The position numbers and the translations under genes were made by a program. This document shows positions 49,687 to 58,432 of a stretch of DNA of 64,000 nucleotides, in pieces. The DNA is from a virus (lineage: Duplodnaviria > Caudoviricetes), in the IMG/VR virus record IMGVR_UViG_3300046779_001541, positions 3,109 through 67,108 of that record. The stretch is one strand, 5' to 3'. The notes under the pieces are model-generated. The model was not told the origin of the DNA and did no database searches. It worked only from the letters and a program-made list of their open reading frames with translations. Numbering within the stretch: the first letter of the stretch is position 1; each line of letters begins with the position of its first letter.

Positions 49687-49769
49687 GGAGCTATAGTGTT
49701 AGGGGTAGCACGCGGAGGTCTGAATGCAGGACATAATCCGAAGCCCTGGTTCGAATCCAGGTAGCTCAT
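49687..49769 (+). tRNA. Gln-type tRNA scaffold with an expanded (about 18-nt) anticodon loop
   Basis: GGAGCTA/TAGCTCA (1:72 mismatch), GTGT/GCAC D-stem, CGGA/TCCG enclosing GGTCTGAATGCAGGACATAA, CCTGG-TTCGAAT-CCAGG. Confidence 0.7.
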
Positions 49770-49773
49770 TTTA

Positions 49774-49850
49774 CGAGACTTAGCTCAGCTGGTTAGAGCA
49801 GCGGACTCATAATCCGTCGGTCGTGGGTTCAAGTCCCACAGTCTCGACCA
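49774..49850 (+). tRNA. tRNA with CAT anticodon (elongator Met or Ile2)
   Basis: CGAGACT/AGTCTCG, GCGGA-CTCATAA-TCCGT, GTGGG-TTCAAGT-CCCAC, ACCA. Confidence 0.95.
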
Positions 49851-49871
49851 ACCCTAAGGAAAGAAGTACTC

Positions 49872-50060
49872 ATGGCACCTTCGGCTAAGCGAAGCCTATA
49901 CAAAAGCATCAGCTGGCACTTTGTGCACATGTCAATAATTTCGGCTACTGTGTTTATTTTGACTGGCAAGGTTGATTTGGTAGCTAGCATAGTATCGATA
50001 CATGTTATCTCAGAGACTATCGTCTACTACTTACATGAAAGAGTCTGGGAGAAATTTTAA
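49872..50060 (+). CDS. DUF2061-like small membrane protein inside the tRNA cluster
   Basis: RSLYKSISW...TG...YYLHERVWEK. Confidence 0.75.
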   Translation: MAPSAKRSLYKSISWHFVHMSIISATVFILTGKVDLVASIVSIHVISETIVYYLHERVWEKF

Positions 50061-50064
50061 ATAT

Positions 50065-50148
50065 CTCGGTGTGGCGGAATGGTATACGCAGCTGACTTAA
50101 AATCAGCCGTCGCAAGACTTGCGGGTTCGAGTCCCGCCACCGAGACCA
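50065..50148 (+). tRNA. tRNA-Leu(TAA)
   Basis: CTCGGTG/CACCGAG, GCTGA-CTTAAAA-TCAGC, long variable arm, ACCA. Confidence 0.95.
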
Positions 50149-50149
50149 A

Positions 50150-50222
50150 GCCCTCGTAGCTCAGTGGATAGAGCAAGAGCCTTCTAATCTCTTGGTCGTA
50201 GGTTCGATTCCTACCGAGGGCG
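50150..50222 (+). tRNA. tRNA-Arg(TCT)
   Basis: GCCCTCG/CGAGGGC, loop CTTCTAA, GTAGG-TTCGATT-CCTAC; CCA not encoded. Confidence 0.93.
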
Positions 50223-50240
50223 CTCTGGTAAAATTTAATA

Positions 50241-50474
50241 ATGAATGCCGAATCTCTCCCTGGCGAGCTTGAGTCTGATCTACTGGTGCTCCAGACTCGA
50301 ATGCAAATACTAATGAACGCCACTATTAAACTTGGTGAACACAAAGCTCGAACTGAGATTATGCGTGTGATCTCCCAGCTGATTGCAGATAAAGATATAG
50401 CTGGAGACGAGATAGCTGTCCAAGTATTGAATTGGCTTTGGATTGAGTTATCTGAACGATGTCCTATAGACTAG
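50241..50474 (+). CDS. Hypothetical protein
   Basis: 77 aa; GGTAAAAT 6 nt before the ATG. Confidence 0.6.
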   Translation: MNAESLPGELESDLLVLQTRMQILMNATIKLGEHKARTEIMRVISQLIADKDIAGDEIAVQVLNWLWIELSERCPID

Positions 50475-50478
50475 ATAA

Positions 50479-50940
50479 ATGATTTCTGATGAAACTTTAA
50501 ATAAGATCAGTGAAATTACTCGTCTACATGACGAGGCATTCTGGCACTTACACCAATTCGATGGTCACGCTAAAAGTAGTGATGGCTCTGTTCAGATACA
50601 TATAGAGTTTGGAAACGTATGGGAGAGACAAGACGGTCCAGTGCAACCTCGTGTGAGCGTGGCCATGTATTCGTATGTAGTTGCTTCGGACACTCCGCTC
50701 TACCCGAGCTTCGGAGAAAGAAACCACTACTTCGAGACGGTGGACCAAGCGCTTCAGGTGATGAAAGAGTGGCACAAGGCAGCAATGGCCTACCAGCCGA
50801 CACCAGAAGATCTAGCTGAAGCTGACGAGTTTGCTCGTGAAATGTGGGAAACTATAAAAGACAAAGTTACGATTGTAGACGTCACTAATGAACCTTTTAC
50901 TTTGCCAGAAAGATTTAGAGATAAATCTAACGGGGAGTAG
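50479..50940 (+). CDS. Hypothetical protein
   Basis: 153-aa ORF. Confidence 0.6.
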   Translation: MISDETLNKISEITRLHDEAFWHLHQFDGHAKSSDGSVQIHIEFGNVWERQDGPVQPRVSVAMYSYVVASDTPLYPSFGERNHYFETVDQALQVMKEWHKAAMAYQPTPEDLAEADEFAREMWETIKDKVTIVDVTNEPFTLPERFRDKSNGE

Positions 50941-50975
50941 TTGACAAATAAAAAACAGTCTGCTAACTTGCAGTT
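50941..50975 (+). promoter_or_regulatory. Sigma70/HrdB-type leaderless promoter
   Basis: TTGACA-17 nt-(TGC)TAACTT-6 nt-ATG 50976. Confidence 0.7.
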
Positions 50976-51545
50976 ATGGCTATTTTAAACTTCACCAAAA
51001 AAGCACACCGAGGAACTGACATAGAGTCTTCTCGCAAACTTATAAGTTCTGGTACTGAGTACCCGAGCGACCCTGCGCCTGGAACTATCTTTTATAGAAC
51101 TGACCTAGGCGCTACTGCTATCTATGACGGAAAGAACTGGAATGGGGTGCCTGCTGTCAGCCCGCTTAAGTCTCCCTTTGAGTCGATAACTGAGTGGGCT
51201 GCAAGTAAACTTCCTAACGATAACGATGTCATCTATATTCGTCGAAAGAATGACCGCCTATTCTGGTGTGAAGGAAACAAGATGGGAGGTGTCACTTGGC
51301 GTGAGATTAATGGCACTGGAATTTTACCTACAGGATTGAAGCAAGAGATCGTTGAAGGTAGCGAGTCCGTGCCTGTAGTTGAAGAAGAAATAACTACGCA
51401 CATCCCGTCTGGTTGGTATCAGGACTCTTCTGCTAATCTATTTAAGCACGATGGCGCTGGGGTTTGGCTGGACACTTCTAACACCCTGTCGAAGAAGCTA
51501 ACTAAATCCGCGGAGGCGGGGGAGATGGAGTATCTGGGACAATGA
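50976..51545 (+). CDS. Hypothetical protein containing a fibre-type P..P..G..FYRTDL...YDG..W motif
   Basis: PSDPAPGTIFYRTDLGATAIYDGKNW resembles PADADQGDLFFRSDLGSMYTYDGTSW in 24547..24777. Confidence 0.6.
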   Translation: MAILNFTKKAHRGTDIESSRKLISSGTEYPSDPAPGTIFYRTDLGATAIYDGKNWNGVPAVSPLKSPFESITEWAASKLPNDNDVIYIRRKNDRLFWCEGNKMGGVTWREINGTGILPTGLKQEIVEGSESVPVVEEEITTHIPSGWYQDSSANLFKHDGAGVWLDTSNTLSKKLTKSAEAGEMEYLGQ

Positions 51546-52090
51546 GTAGTTGGCAGGAAGGCTTAAATCTTAAGCGCCTTAAAACGAAGGGCTGGTACGG
51601 ATGTATCGCGCCTGACGGCTGGAAGTGGATTATTGAAGATACTGACAGACTTCTAGCTAGGCTGGACCCTGACTACGAAATCCACCAAGTCAAAGAGAAG
51701 TTTGGGACGCTTCGTTATTACTACGGAACCGTGGCTGATAGAGAAACTCAGGAAGTCTTGGACGCTGTGGTTGACAGGGCAGAAAAGCTATCGGCGCACA
51801 CGTGCGAGATTTGTGGCAATTCAAGTATGGTGTCTAATTTGGATAGGGGGATTAAGTATGACCCTACTGCTGTGATTAAGTCGACTGGTGGATGGTATAA
51901 AACTATCTGCGATAGCTGTGACACTGAGGGCAGATACGTTAGCGTAGACGCCCTTAAGGACAGAGCACAGTACGACGACCTAGAGTTTTATGCTAGTAAG
52001 GCAAGAGAGCAAGTCCAAGAAGGACAGGACATTCTGAACGTATTCTTGGCTATTGCAAAGAGAGACATACTAGGAGAAGAGAATAAATGA
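51542..52090 (+). CDS. Conserved phage hypothetical protein (QVKEKFG.LR family, CxxC)
   Basis: GWKWII...QVKEKFGTLRYY...TCEICG. Confidence 0.65.
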   Translation: MSSWQEGLNLKRLKTKGWYGCIAPDGWKWIIEDTDRLLARLDPDYEIHQVKEKFGTLRYYYGTVADRETQEVLDAVVDRAEKLSAHTCEICGNSSMVSNLDRGIKYDPTAVIKSTGGWYKTICDSCDTEGRYVSVDALKDRAQYDDLEFYASKAREQVQEGQDILNVFLAIAKRDILGEENK

Positions 52091-52236
52091 GCCCAGAAGA
52101 GATCTCAAAGATGATGGAAGCTGTTCAGGTTTATGGAGAACTGCTTGGCGGTATGAAGAAGAAGTTTATCGCTGAAGGATTTTCTGATGACACCGCGGAA
52201 GCTTTAGTTCTAGAGATTCTAAGAAAGATGAGCTAA
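52087..52236 (+). CDS. 49-aa hypothetical protein (not in the ORF track)
   Basis: MSPEEISKMM...ILRKMS; fills the gap, overlapping both neighbours. Confidence 0.55.
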   Translation: MSPEEISKMMEAVQVYGELLGGMKKKFIAEGFSDDTAEALVLEILRKMS

Positions 52237-52568
52237 TGAGCTTTGAGAGATTCAGTAGCTCAGACGTTTACATCTTTGAGCACGTTGGTGGGTTCATCCA
52301 GTGCTGTGGTTGTTGGTTAGAGGGAGGCAACTTTGGTCTCTCGGTCGAAGAGAATGACGATTCTTGGTTCGTAAACCTGAAAACCCCGCGGCAAGCACTC
52401 GCTCACCTAGATAGGCACGAGGAAGCTGGGCACGATATCGGTGGCGCTCGCAGTCGTATTGAGAAAGAATATCCTGACCTAGATATTCAGATTGAACCTT
52501 ATATAACTCCACCTGAGGTGCGAGAGCGCCAGAAGGCAAGGATGCGAGAGTTGTTTAATCGTGATTAG
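52236..52568 (+). CDS. Hypothetical protein (CC.C motif)
   Basis: RFSSSDVYIFEH.....CCGC. Confidence 0.6.
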   Translation: MSFERFSSSDVYIFEHVGGFIQCCGCWLEGGNFGLSVEENDDSWFVNLKTPRQALAHLDRHEEAGHDIGGARSRIEKEYPDLDIQIEPYITPPEVRERQKARMRELFNRD

Positions 52569-52737
52569 ATTTCGTTGGTACCCTAAGAAACCTTTGAAGT
52601 ACAGCGCCTGGGATACGCATTGGGGTACGCAGCTTTGGGGGCACAAGGCTAATGGCATCCATGGTCCATATAGATGGACGCTTGACATTTATTTAGGAAA
52701 ACGTATACTTGTAGTTATCTTTGGAAGGAGATACTGA
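52561..52737 (+). CDS. 58-aa Trp-rich hypothetical protein (GTG start; not in the ORF track)
   Basis: Open frame filling the gap; its TGA overlaps the next ATG. Confidence 0.45.
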   Translation: MIRFRWYPKKPLKYSAWDTHWGTQLWGHKANGIHGPYRWTLDIYLGKRILVVIFGRRY

Positions 52738-53030
52738 TGCCCAGTAAAAAATCTAAGACTAATGTCACGCATAAACTAACTCTGGATGAATATGACGATC
52801 TAACTTTAGATAATCAAATTCTTGGTGCGAGCTTGGAGCGCGGGAAGATCATCGCTGAATTAGCGCGACAATACTCTTGGCTCATGGAGTTAGCTGAAGG
52901 CATGGAGAGCACTAAAGATAAAAACATCTACAGCCGTTACGCATATGGACTGAAGATGGCTACCAATATTATTGAAAATCTACCGCCATATGAAGAGAAT
53001 GTTGGTTGCCGCGAGTGTGGAGTTATTTAA
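52737..53030 (+). CDS. Hypothetical protein
   Basis: 97 aa with an AAGGAG SD. Confidence 0.6.
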   Translation: MPSKKSKTNVTHKLTLDEYDDLTLDNQILGASLERGKIIAELARQYSWLMELAEGMESTKDKNIYSRYAYGLKMATNIIENLPPYEENVGCRECGVI

Positions 53031-53240
53031 ATGTTGCCGAAGATTCCACGTATTAGATCTGGGCACATCGATGTTCTGGTCCGTAGAGATACCGCTGCTC
53101 GCTGGGAGGAAGTCAACCCTGTACTTGAGGCAGATGAGATAGGATATGAGACAGATACTGACATCTTCAAAGTCGGTGACGGTATTCGCCAATGGGTAGA
53201 TCTTAAGTCTTATAGGAAATCAAATGATAATTCACACTGA
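53031..53240 (+). CDS. Stand-alone Mtd-N/hyaluronidase-N-like domain
   Basis: RRDTAARWEEVNPVLEADEIGYETDTDIFKVGDG matches the N-termini of 22007..24526 and 27197..27571. Confidence 0.7.
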   Translation: MLPKIPRIRSGHIDVLVRRDTAARWEEVNPVLEADEIGYETDTDIFKVGDGIRQWVDLKSYRKSNDNSH

Positions 53241-53475
53241 GAGTGGGTCTCGCTACGAAATTAGTGACGACAATGTCTGCACTAAATATAACCCTGAAGG
53301 TACTAGGGTAGATGCTTTTAAAGTCTTTTTTCTAAAGGCAATACCAGACACCGTTAAGCAAATGGGGGATATTTGGGACTATCCGCACAGTGAACCAGAG
53401 GTTGGGAAGCTTCTATATATTGGCGGAAAAGATGGCTGGTGGCTTAGCACTAAGGTTGTCTCTGTAGAGTACTAA
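53224..53475 (+). CDS. Hypothetical protein
   Basis: 83 aa, T.SGS.YE motif. Confidence 0.55.
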   Translation: MIIHTESGSRYEISDDNVCTKYNPEGTRVDAFKVFFLKAIPDTVKQMGDIWDYPHSEPEVGKLLYIGGKDGWWLSTKVVSVEY

Positions 53476-53513
53476 GAGTGTTAGACTAGTTTCTGCCTAA
53501 CAAAGGAGAGATT

Positions 53514-53792
53514 ATGAAGGTACTAATTAACCGATGCCCTCACGGCTTCACCCTGTCAGAGGCTCAGAAGGAGCTATTCCCTGAGCTTAAAACTAACCCT
53601 AATATGAGAGTAGAAGATGTTAGCCGAACTGATCCTCGTCTCATTGCTTCATTCGAAGCTGGAGACAACCGTGGTGATGGTGGCTCGACTCTTACTATCG
53701 TAGAGATTCCAGACGGTGCAAAGTTCAAGGTAGCCCCTCGCGGTGGCTATGAGGAGCTTGTCTGGACTACTGGTGAGTTAAACATCATTTAA
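53514..53792 (+). CDS. Hypothetical protein
   Basis: 92 aa with a GGAG SD; INRCPHGF.LS...R.DP.L...VEIPDG. Confidence 0.6.
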   Translation: MKVLINRCPHGFTLSEAQKELFPELKTNPNMRVEDVSRTDPRLIASFEAGDNRGDGGSTLTIVEIPDGAKFKVAPRGGYEELVWTTGELNII

Positions 53793-53806
53793 AGTAAGGC
53801 AATACC

Positions 53807-54073
53807 ATGGGTGTTCAGCACGTAAAAGGCGATACTTGGGTTGATGATTACAATCAGGTAATTGTCAATGTCCACAAGTCATACCAGTGTAGGAATGATC
53901 ACTGCACAATCCATAATCAGTCTGAGCACCACATGGTAGGCTTTCCACAGAAGTGGCGTCAAGATAGACACTTCATGGAGCGGGTCTGTCCTCATGGCAT
54001 AGGACACCCAGATCCAGATGAAATTATTCAGAATTTAGTACATGCGTGTGATAGGTGTTGCATAGATGAGTAA
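53807..54073 (+). CDS. Cys/His-rich hypothetical protein
   Basis: H...C....C.IH...H...ERVCPHGIGHPDPD...H.CD.CC. Confidence 0.65.
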   Translation: MGVQHVKGDTWVDDYNQVIVNVHKSYQCRNDHCTIHNQSEHHMVGFPQKWRQDRHFMERVCPHGIGHPDPDEIIQNLVHACDRCCIDE

Positions 54074-54266
54074 GAATGCATTTGCTGAAGGTACTCCTGA
54101 GTACGAAGCATTCGAGGCAGGAGTTCAAGCAGAACGCCTAAGACTGCGGAAAATTTTAGAGAAATACCACACTACATTTGGCACGGGAGATATTCAAACC
54201 TCTGCTACAAAAATGGAGATTCGCTACATCTACGATTACATCAATGAAGCTAGATCTCTAAAGTAG
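54066..54266 (+). CDS. Hypothetical protein
   Basis: 66-aa overlapping ORF. Confidence 0.55.
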   Translation: MSKNAFAEGTPEYEAFEAGVQAERLRLRKILEKYHTTFGTGDIQTSATKMEIRYIYDYINEARSLK

Positions 54267-54267
54267 A

Positions 54268-55305
54268 ATGAGCAATAGAAAAGTACAAATCCCGCCTAGA
54301 TGGAGGGATTATGGTAGCAACAATAATGGTCCAACTTTCTCTGGTGATCTAGCTGATGCTGTCTTTTCTAAGAAACTACTAAAAACAACACTACCTCATG
54401 GGTGGGCTGCAGATGATGTAAAGCCTAAATATGACCCATATAACGAGTACACGTTAAATTCTTACAACTGTAGAGGCCCAGAGTTTTCATCTGGCGTAGA
54501 TTTTATTTTTGCTGGGTGCTCTCAGACTTTCGGTATTGGTGTGCCAGATGACGGTGTTTGGCCTAAGTTTGTGGCAGATGCGCTCAATGGTACATATGTA
54601 AATCTATCTATGCTTGGTGCTGGTATGGAGTGGATAACTGATTCTATATATCGATACGTGCACACTTTTGGTAAGCCAAATCGTGGGATTATGGTCCTAG
54701 CTCCTGACTACCATCGAGTAGATGTTTTAGTGGATAACGAGATAAATAAGTGCTCGCGTCATGGGATTACTGATTATCTTCCCCAGTATTATGATGAGTC
54801 AAATCTAGACTTCAGGATGGTTACTTGTCATCTAGAAAATAGTGACCCCGTGGCTTTTATAAAAAGACCATTCCCTGTTGATAACACCATGATCGAAGCT
54901 GAGGCAATACGCAGATCGATCAAAGCAATTAAAGATTTAGAGATATTCTGTGACCAAGCTGAGATTCCTTTAATTTGGTCAACTTGGTATGAGGGTTTAG
55001 ATGAGCTAGCAAACACTATTCCTGATGCTTATAAGTTCAGTAGTTATATCCCCACCAATATAGAAGACTGGAGATCTAACATAGATGGTGAAACTGATGA
55101 AGAGAGGGTTGCTGACTATATTGCCGATGAGTTTGGTAATCCGACATACTGTCACTTTGATTTAGCGGACCACTACGGACTAGGGTTCCATAGAGGTACT
55201 GATAGATTTAAATTTGAAGACGGTCAGCAATCCCACATGGGTGTACATAGACATATCCACGTTGCTTCGGCTTTTACTCAGCAAGCAGTTAAGTTGGGCA
55301 TCTAA
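54268..55305 (+). CDS. SGNH/GDSL-like protein (paralog 2)
   Basis: YTLNSYNCRG...FAGCSQTFGIGV...W...NLSMLG; C-terminal SHMGVHRH. Confidence 0.6.
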   Translation: MSNRKVQIPPRWRDYGSNNNGPTFSGDLADAVFSKKLLKTTLPHGWAADDVKPKYDPYNEYTLNSYNCRGPEFSSGVDFIFAGCSQTFGIGVPDDGVWPKFVADALNGTYVNLSMLGAGMEWITDSIYRYVHTFGKPNRGIMVLAPDYHRVDVLVDNEINKCSRHGITDYLPQYYDESNLDFRMVTCHLENSDPVAFIKRPFPVDNTMIEAEAIRRSIKAIKDLEIFCDQAEIPLIWSTWYEGLDELANTIPDAYKFSSYIPTNIEDWRSNIDGETDEERVADYIADEFGNPTYCHFDLADHYGLGFHRGTDRFKFEDGQQSHMGVHRHIHVASAFTQQAVKLGI

Positions 55306-56408
55306 TGTCTGATAACTCAAACCTGGTCTCCATAATAAATAAAGCCAACGGTAACACCATCAAATTTTCTGGTGAGTATGGTGATTACGTCTTTAAGAAG
55401 ACTTGTATGCCTATGCCTCTATTTATGGAAGCTACTGTAGATAACTCTGAGCTACTTCTAGAAGATGGCCTTAAATATAATCTAAATAATTATAGATTTA
55501 GAGGGCCAGACTATAAATCTGATGTCGAGATATTAACTGCTGGGTGCTCGTTCACGTATGGAATAGGCGTGCAGTTAGAAGGCACTTGGCCAGATCTTCT
55601 AGCAACTAAAACTGATCAGACTTACGCAAATATATCTATGCCTGGAGCTGGAATCCCTTGGATTGTAGATTCTATCTTCAGATACATCGAGACATTCGGG
55701 GCACCTAGATCTGGAATAGTGGCACTAATGCCAGATATAACTAGAGCTGACATCATAATTGACTACTCTAATTTAATCTCTGAAGACTTCAGCCCTAGAG
55801 ATTTTGTTCCGCAATACCATGACTCCGAGTATGGGGATAAGAACTCTGTAATATCCATACATAATCAAGGGTTCTCTGCGGCTCGCTATTCTAAGAAACC
55901 ATATCTGGTAGAAGATACGTACCTACTAGAAGAAGCCGTGAGAAGATCTATCTCCAAACTTCGAGAGTTGGAACGATATTGTCAAGCCGCTTCTATCCCT
56001 TTAGTTTGGGGGTCTTGGTCTGATGCCACAATTCTACTGGTCAGACAGTTAGTCAATGATGACCAAATGTTCTTAAACTTCCATGAGATGGACGACGCAC
56101 TGGCTTCGTGGAAATCGCATAGGCATGAGCTAGATGACCCTGAAGGCATAATTGATTACAAGATAGAGCACGACCCGAGCCGTATGGATGAGTACGGGTG
56201 CTCTTATGAAAAAGCTATGATTACAAACGACTGTGTATGCTTTATTGACTGCCATTTCGATCTGGCTGACAGATACGGAGATACCTTCCACCTAGGGTTA
56301 GATAGGGTTGTAAACCCTGGCAATGCCCACTATGGTGTACATAGGTATATACATATAGCTGATAGTTTCCATGACAAAATGAAGAAAGCTGGTTTTTATG
56401 GCATATGA
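55305..56408 (+). CDS. SGNH/GDSL-like protein (paralog 3)
   Basis: YNLNNYRFRG...TAGCSFTYGIGV...W...NISMPG; C-terminal AHYGVHRY. Confidence 0.6.
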   Translation: MSDNSNLVSIINKANGNTIKFSGEYGDYVFKKTCMPMPLFMEATVDNSELLLEDGLKYNLNNYRFRGPDYKSDVEILTAGCSFTYGIGVQLEGTWPDLLATKTDQTYANISMPGAGIPWIVDSIFRYIETFGAPRSGIVALMPDITRADIIIDYSNLISEDFSPRDFVPQYHDSEYGDKNSVISIHNQGFSAARYSKKPYLVEDTYLLEEAVRRSISKLRELERYCQAASIPLVWGSWSDATILLVRQLVNDDQMFLNFHEMDDALASWKSHRHELDDPEGIIDYKIEHDPSRMDEYGCSYEKAMITNDCVCFIDCHFDLADRYGDTFHLGLDRVVNPGNAHYGVHRYIHIADSFHDKMKKAGFYGI

Positions 56409-56640
56409 AGATAAATTTTCTGAGAGATTAGAAATTGACATACCAAACGAGGCTACTGAATTAGTGCTTCGAGTTCTCATGAAAGAGGGAGAGCTTAGGT
56501 TTAGAGATAAGCTAGCTAAGATGCTATCTGATGAATTAATTGAAGTTCAAAACAGTCCAGCGCCTGATGCAGATTGCACCTTTGGGGATGGAATCGGCTA
56601 TGTACTACACCTACTAAAGGAGGTTGACTTCAATGACTAA
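56398..56640 (+). CDS. Hypothetical protein
   Basis: 80-aa overlapping ORF. Confidence 0.55.
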   Translation: MAYEDKFSERLEIDIPNEATELVLRVLMKEGELRFRDKLAKMLSDELIEVQNSPAPDADCTFGDGIGYVLHLLKEVDFND

Positions 56641-56968
56641 CGATGACAACGGAAATAACTACCACCCACCACAGCGGGATCCGCACGAGGATAGATTTAG
56701 GGATGGATTTATTGATGGATTTACTCGCGCTAGAGAGATATTTTGGCGTGATCTGATGCGTAAGGCTGGCGAGTGTCGGTTAATGTCAGAGGTAACTGAT
56801 AGTGCTTCGTTGAAAGAACACTTGGCTGCACTTGAAGCTGCTTACCGAGTTTCCGCTGATTTAATTTCTAGATCTCACACGGTATATCCTGGAGCAATTC
56901 CCGCTGGTAGTGACCCTAACGATCCTCGACACACGGTTAACTTCGACAGTGATCTGTATCGATATTAG
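56624..56968 (+). CDS. Hypothetical protein
   Basis: 114-aa ORF. Confidence 0.55.
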   Translation: MTSMTNDDNGNNYHPPQRDPHEDRFRDGFIDGFTRAREIFWRDLMRKAGECRLMSEVTDSASLKEHLAALEAAYRVSADLISRSHTVYPGAIPAGSDPNDPRHTVNFDSDLYRY

Positions 56969-56977
56969 AATCTAAAT

Positions 56978-57463
56978 ATGAGTAACTCGGGCGAGGCATC
57001 AAAAAGTCTATATAGAATTGAATACTACGAACCTGAAGATAATGATACTTATACGGAATGGGTATGGCTGCAGGTTGACGAGGTTCATGAGTATAGGTCT
57101 GAATATCGCTATGTGAAAGTCAGACGAGCTACCGAGGATGAGCAATCTCTATATGAAGAAGCCTACGAGGACGGCTACAGTATTGCAGCAATCTTAGAGT
57201 TTGAATCAAAAAATGATGGAATAACTTATCGAGTTGAGCTAGACGAGAGTGGCGATCTTGCTCAGGGGCGCAAAATGTTTCAATGTCCTGTATGTAAAAA
57301 ACACAGGGACTTTGAAACTGAAGTTGCTATGGCAAATGATTTTTATCTAACAACTTTAGTTGGAGAGAATCTTTGGCACATATGCTATGACTGTGCTATG
57401 ATAACGATGGAAGTAGACGGGATTAATTTTGACTTTACGCAAGAGAGCGAAGCAGATAGCTAA
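56978..57463 (+). CDS. Acidic protein with CxxC...CxxC zinc ribbon
   Basis: CPVC and CYDC. Confidence 0.55.
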   Translation: MSNSGEASKSLYRIEYYEPEDNDTYTEWVWLQVDEVHEYRSEYRYVKVRRATEDEQSLYEEAYEDGYSIAAILEFESKNDGITYRVELDESGDLAQGRKMFQCPVCKKHRDFETEVAMANDFYLTTLVGENLWHICYDCAMITMEVDGINFDFTQESEADS

Positions 57464-57704
57464 ACCCTATATTGCGCAATATAAACGAGCTCCTAGATGG
57501 GTAAAAGCAGTGACTATTGCCTGCATTGTTTGGATGCTAATACCTGATTTTTTTGACCTGATTCCTGGGTTAGCGTACCTAGATGAGCTACTAGCTGCTA
57601 CGCTTATGCTTAAGCTTTTACATAAATATGGTGCATTACCTGACGAGGATAAAAAAACTCCTAAGGACCTTATTATGGAGATATTAGGAAAAGAGAATAA
57701 ATAG
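57429..57704 (+). CDS. DUF1232/YkvA-like membrane protein
   Basis: LIPDFFDLIPGLAYLDE. Confidence 0.65.
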   Translation: MTLRKRAKQIAKPYIAQYKRAPRWVKAVTIACIVWMLIPDFFDLIPGLAYLDELLAATLMLKLLHKYGALPDEDKKTPKDLIMEILGKENK

Positions 57705-57991
57705 TGGACATCGAAGAATTCAAAGAAGAAGCTAAGCCTTTTTATAGTGAGACTTTTCAAGTTCTCGTAAAAAAGCAAAGTGACTACGGCCCTCTAAACA
57801 TTGCACGTGCACCTGGTGGAGCCTTAAATGGTCTACGAGTACGTATGCACGATAAGCTGTCTAGAATTAATCACTTGATTGATAACGGCGCAACTCCTGA
57901 AAATGAGAGCTTACGCGATTCCTTCTTGGACCTTGCAAACTATAGTATAATTGCAATGATGGTTCTTGATGGAAAATGGCCAAGTGAGTAG
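57704..57991 (+). CDS. DUF1599 / nucleotide-modification-associated domain protein
   Basis: KKQSDYG...RMHDKLSRI...ESLRDSFLDLANYSII. Confidence 0.8.
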   Translation: MDIEEFKEEAKPFYSETFQVLVKKQSDYGPLNIARAPGGALNGLRVRMHDKLSRINHLIDNGATPENESLRDSFLDLANYSIIAMMVLDGKWPSE

Positions 57992-58157
57992 TGAAGACGA
58001 AGCTGAAAAGTTTCGACAAGAAGGCCGAGAAGAAATTCTTGAGTGGCTACTAACTAGAGAGATTATTAACTACAGTAGCTACGATAACTGCTACTTTATA
58101 TTTAATAGGTTTACTGATATCCTAACTCAGTTGCCTTGGCGTAGAGCTGAAAAGTAG
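57966..58157 (+). CDS. Hypothetical protein
   Basis: Short ORF; GTG at 57981 is a likely start. Confidence 0.5.
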   Translation: MMENGQVSSEDEAEKFRQEGREEILEWLLTREIINYSSYDNCYFIFNRFTDILTQLPWRRAEK

Positions 58158-58186
58158 CAACTTCAGCTCGCTGGTAAAATTAACTA

Positions 58187-58432
58187 GTGGGCGAGTCTTT
58201 TACTTCATCTGACATACCTAATCTTCTTGATTGCTATGTCCACTTTGCTGCCCCTAAGTTTTGGTCTGACCCTGAGTGTGTAAATGGGCAAGTGAAGTAT
58301 GTTGAATCTTCTAGGCAACCTACGGTTGTATATTTACAACCCTATGGTCTAAACTATTTAGTACGTGTTGATGTAGACTGCTATAACATAGCCGAGAAGA
58401 TAGAGGAACATGAACAGCATTCGAGCCACTGA
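58187..58432 (+). CDS. Hypothetical protein
   Basis: GTG start with GGTAAAAT 6 nt upstream. Confidence 0.5.
   Translation: MGESFTSSDIPNLLDCYVHFAAPKFWSDPECVNGQVKYVESSRQPTVVYLQPYGLNYLVRVDVDCYNIAEKIEEHEQHSSH

Noticed and set aside
49560-50344. Minus-strand ORFs 49560..49769 and 50057..50344
   Set aside because: They are antisense to clear tRNA genes.
52682-52709. TTGACA-16-TATACT promoter-like match
   Set aside because: It lies inside a plausible small ORF (52561..52737) in a run of overlapping genes, so it may be coincidental; not listed as a feature.
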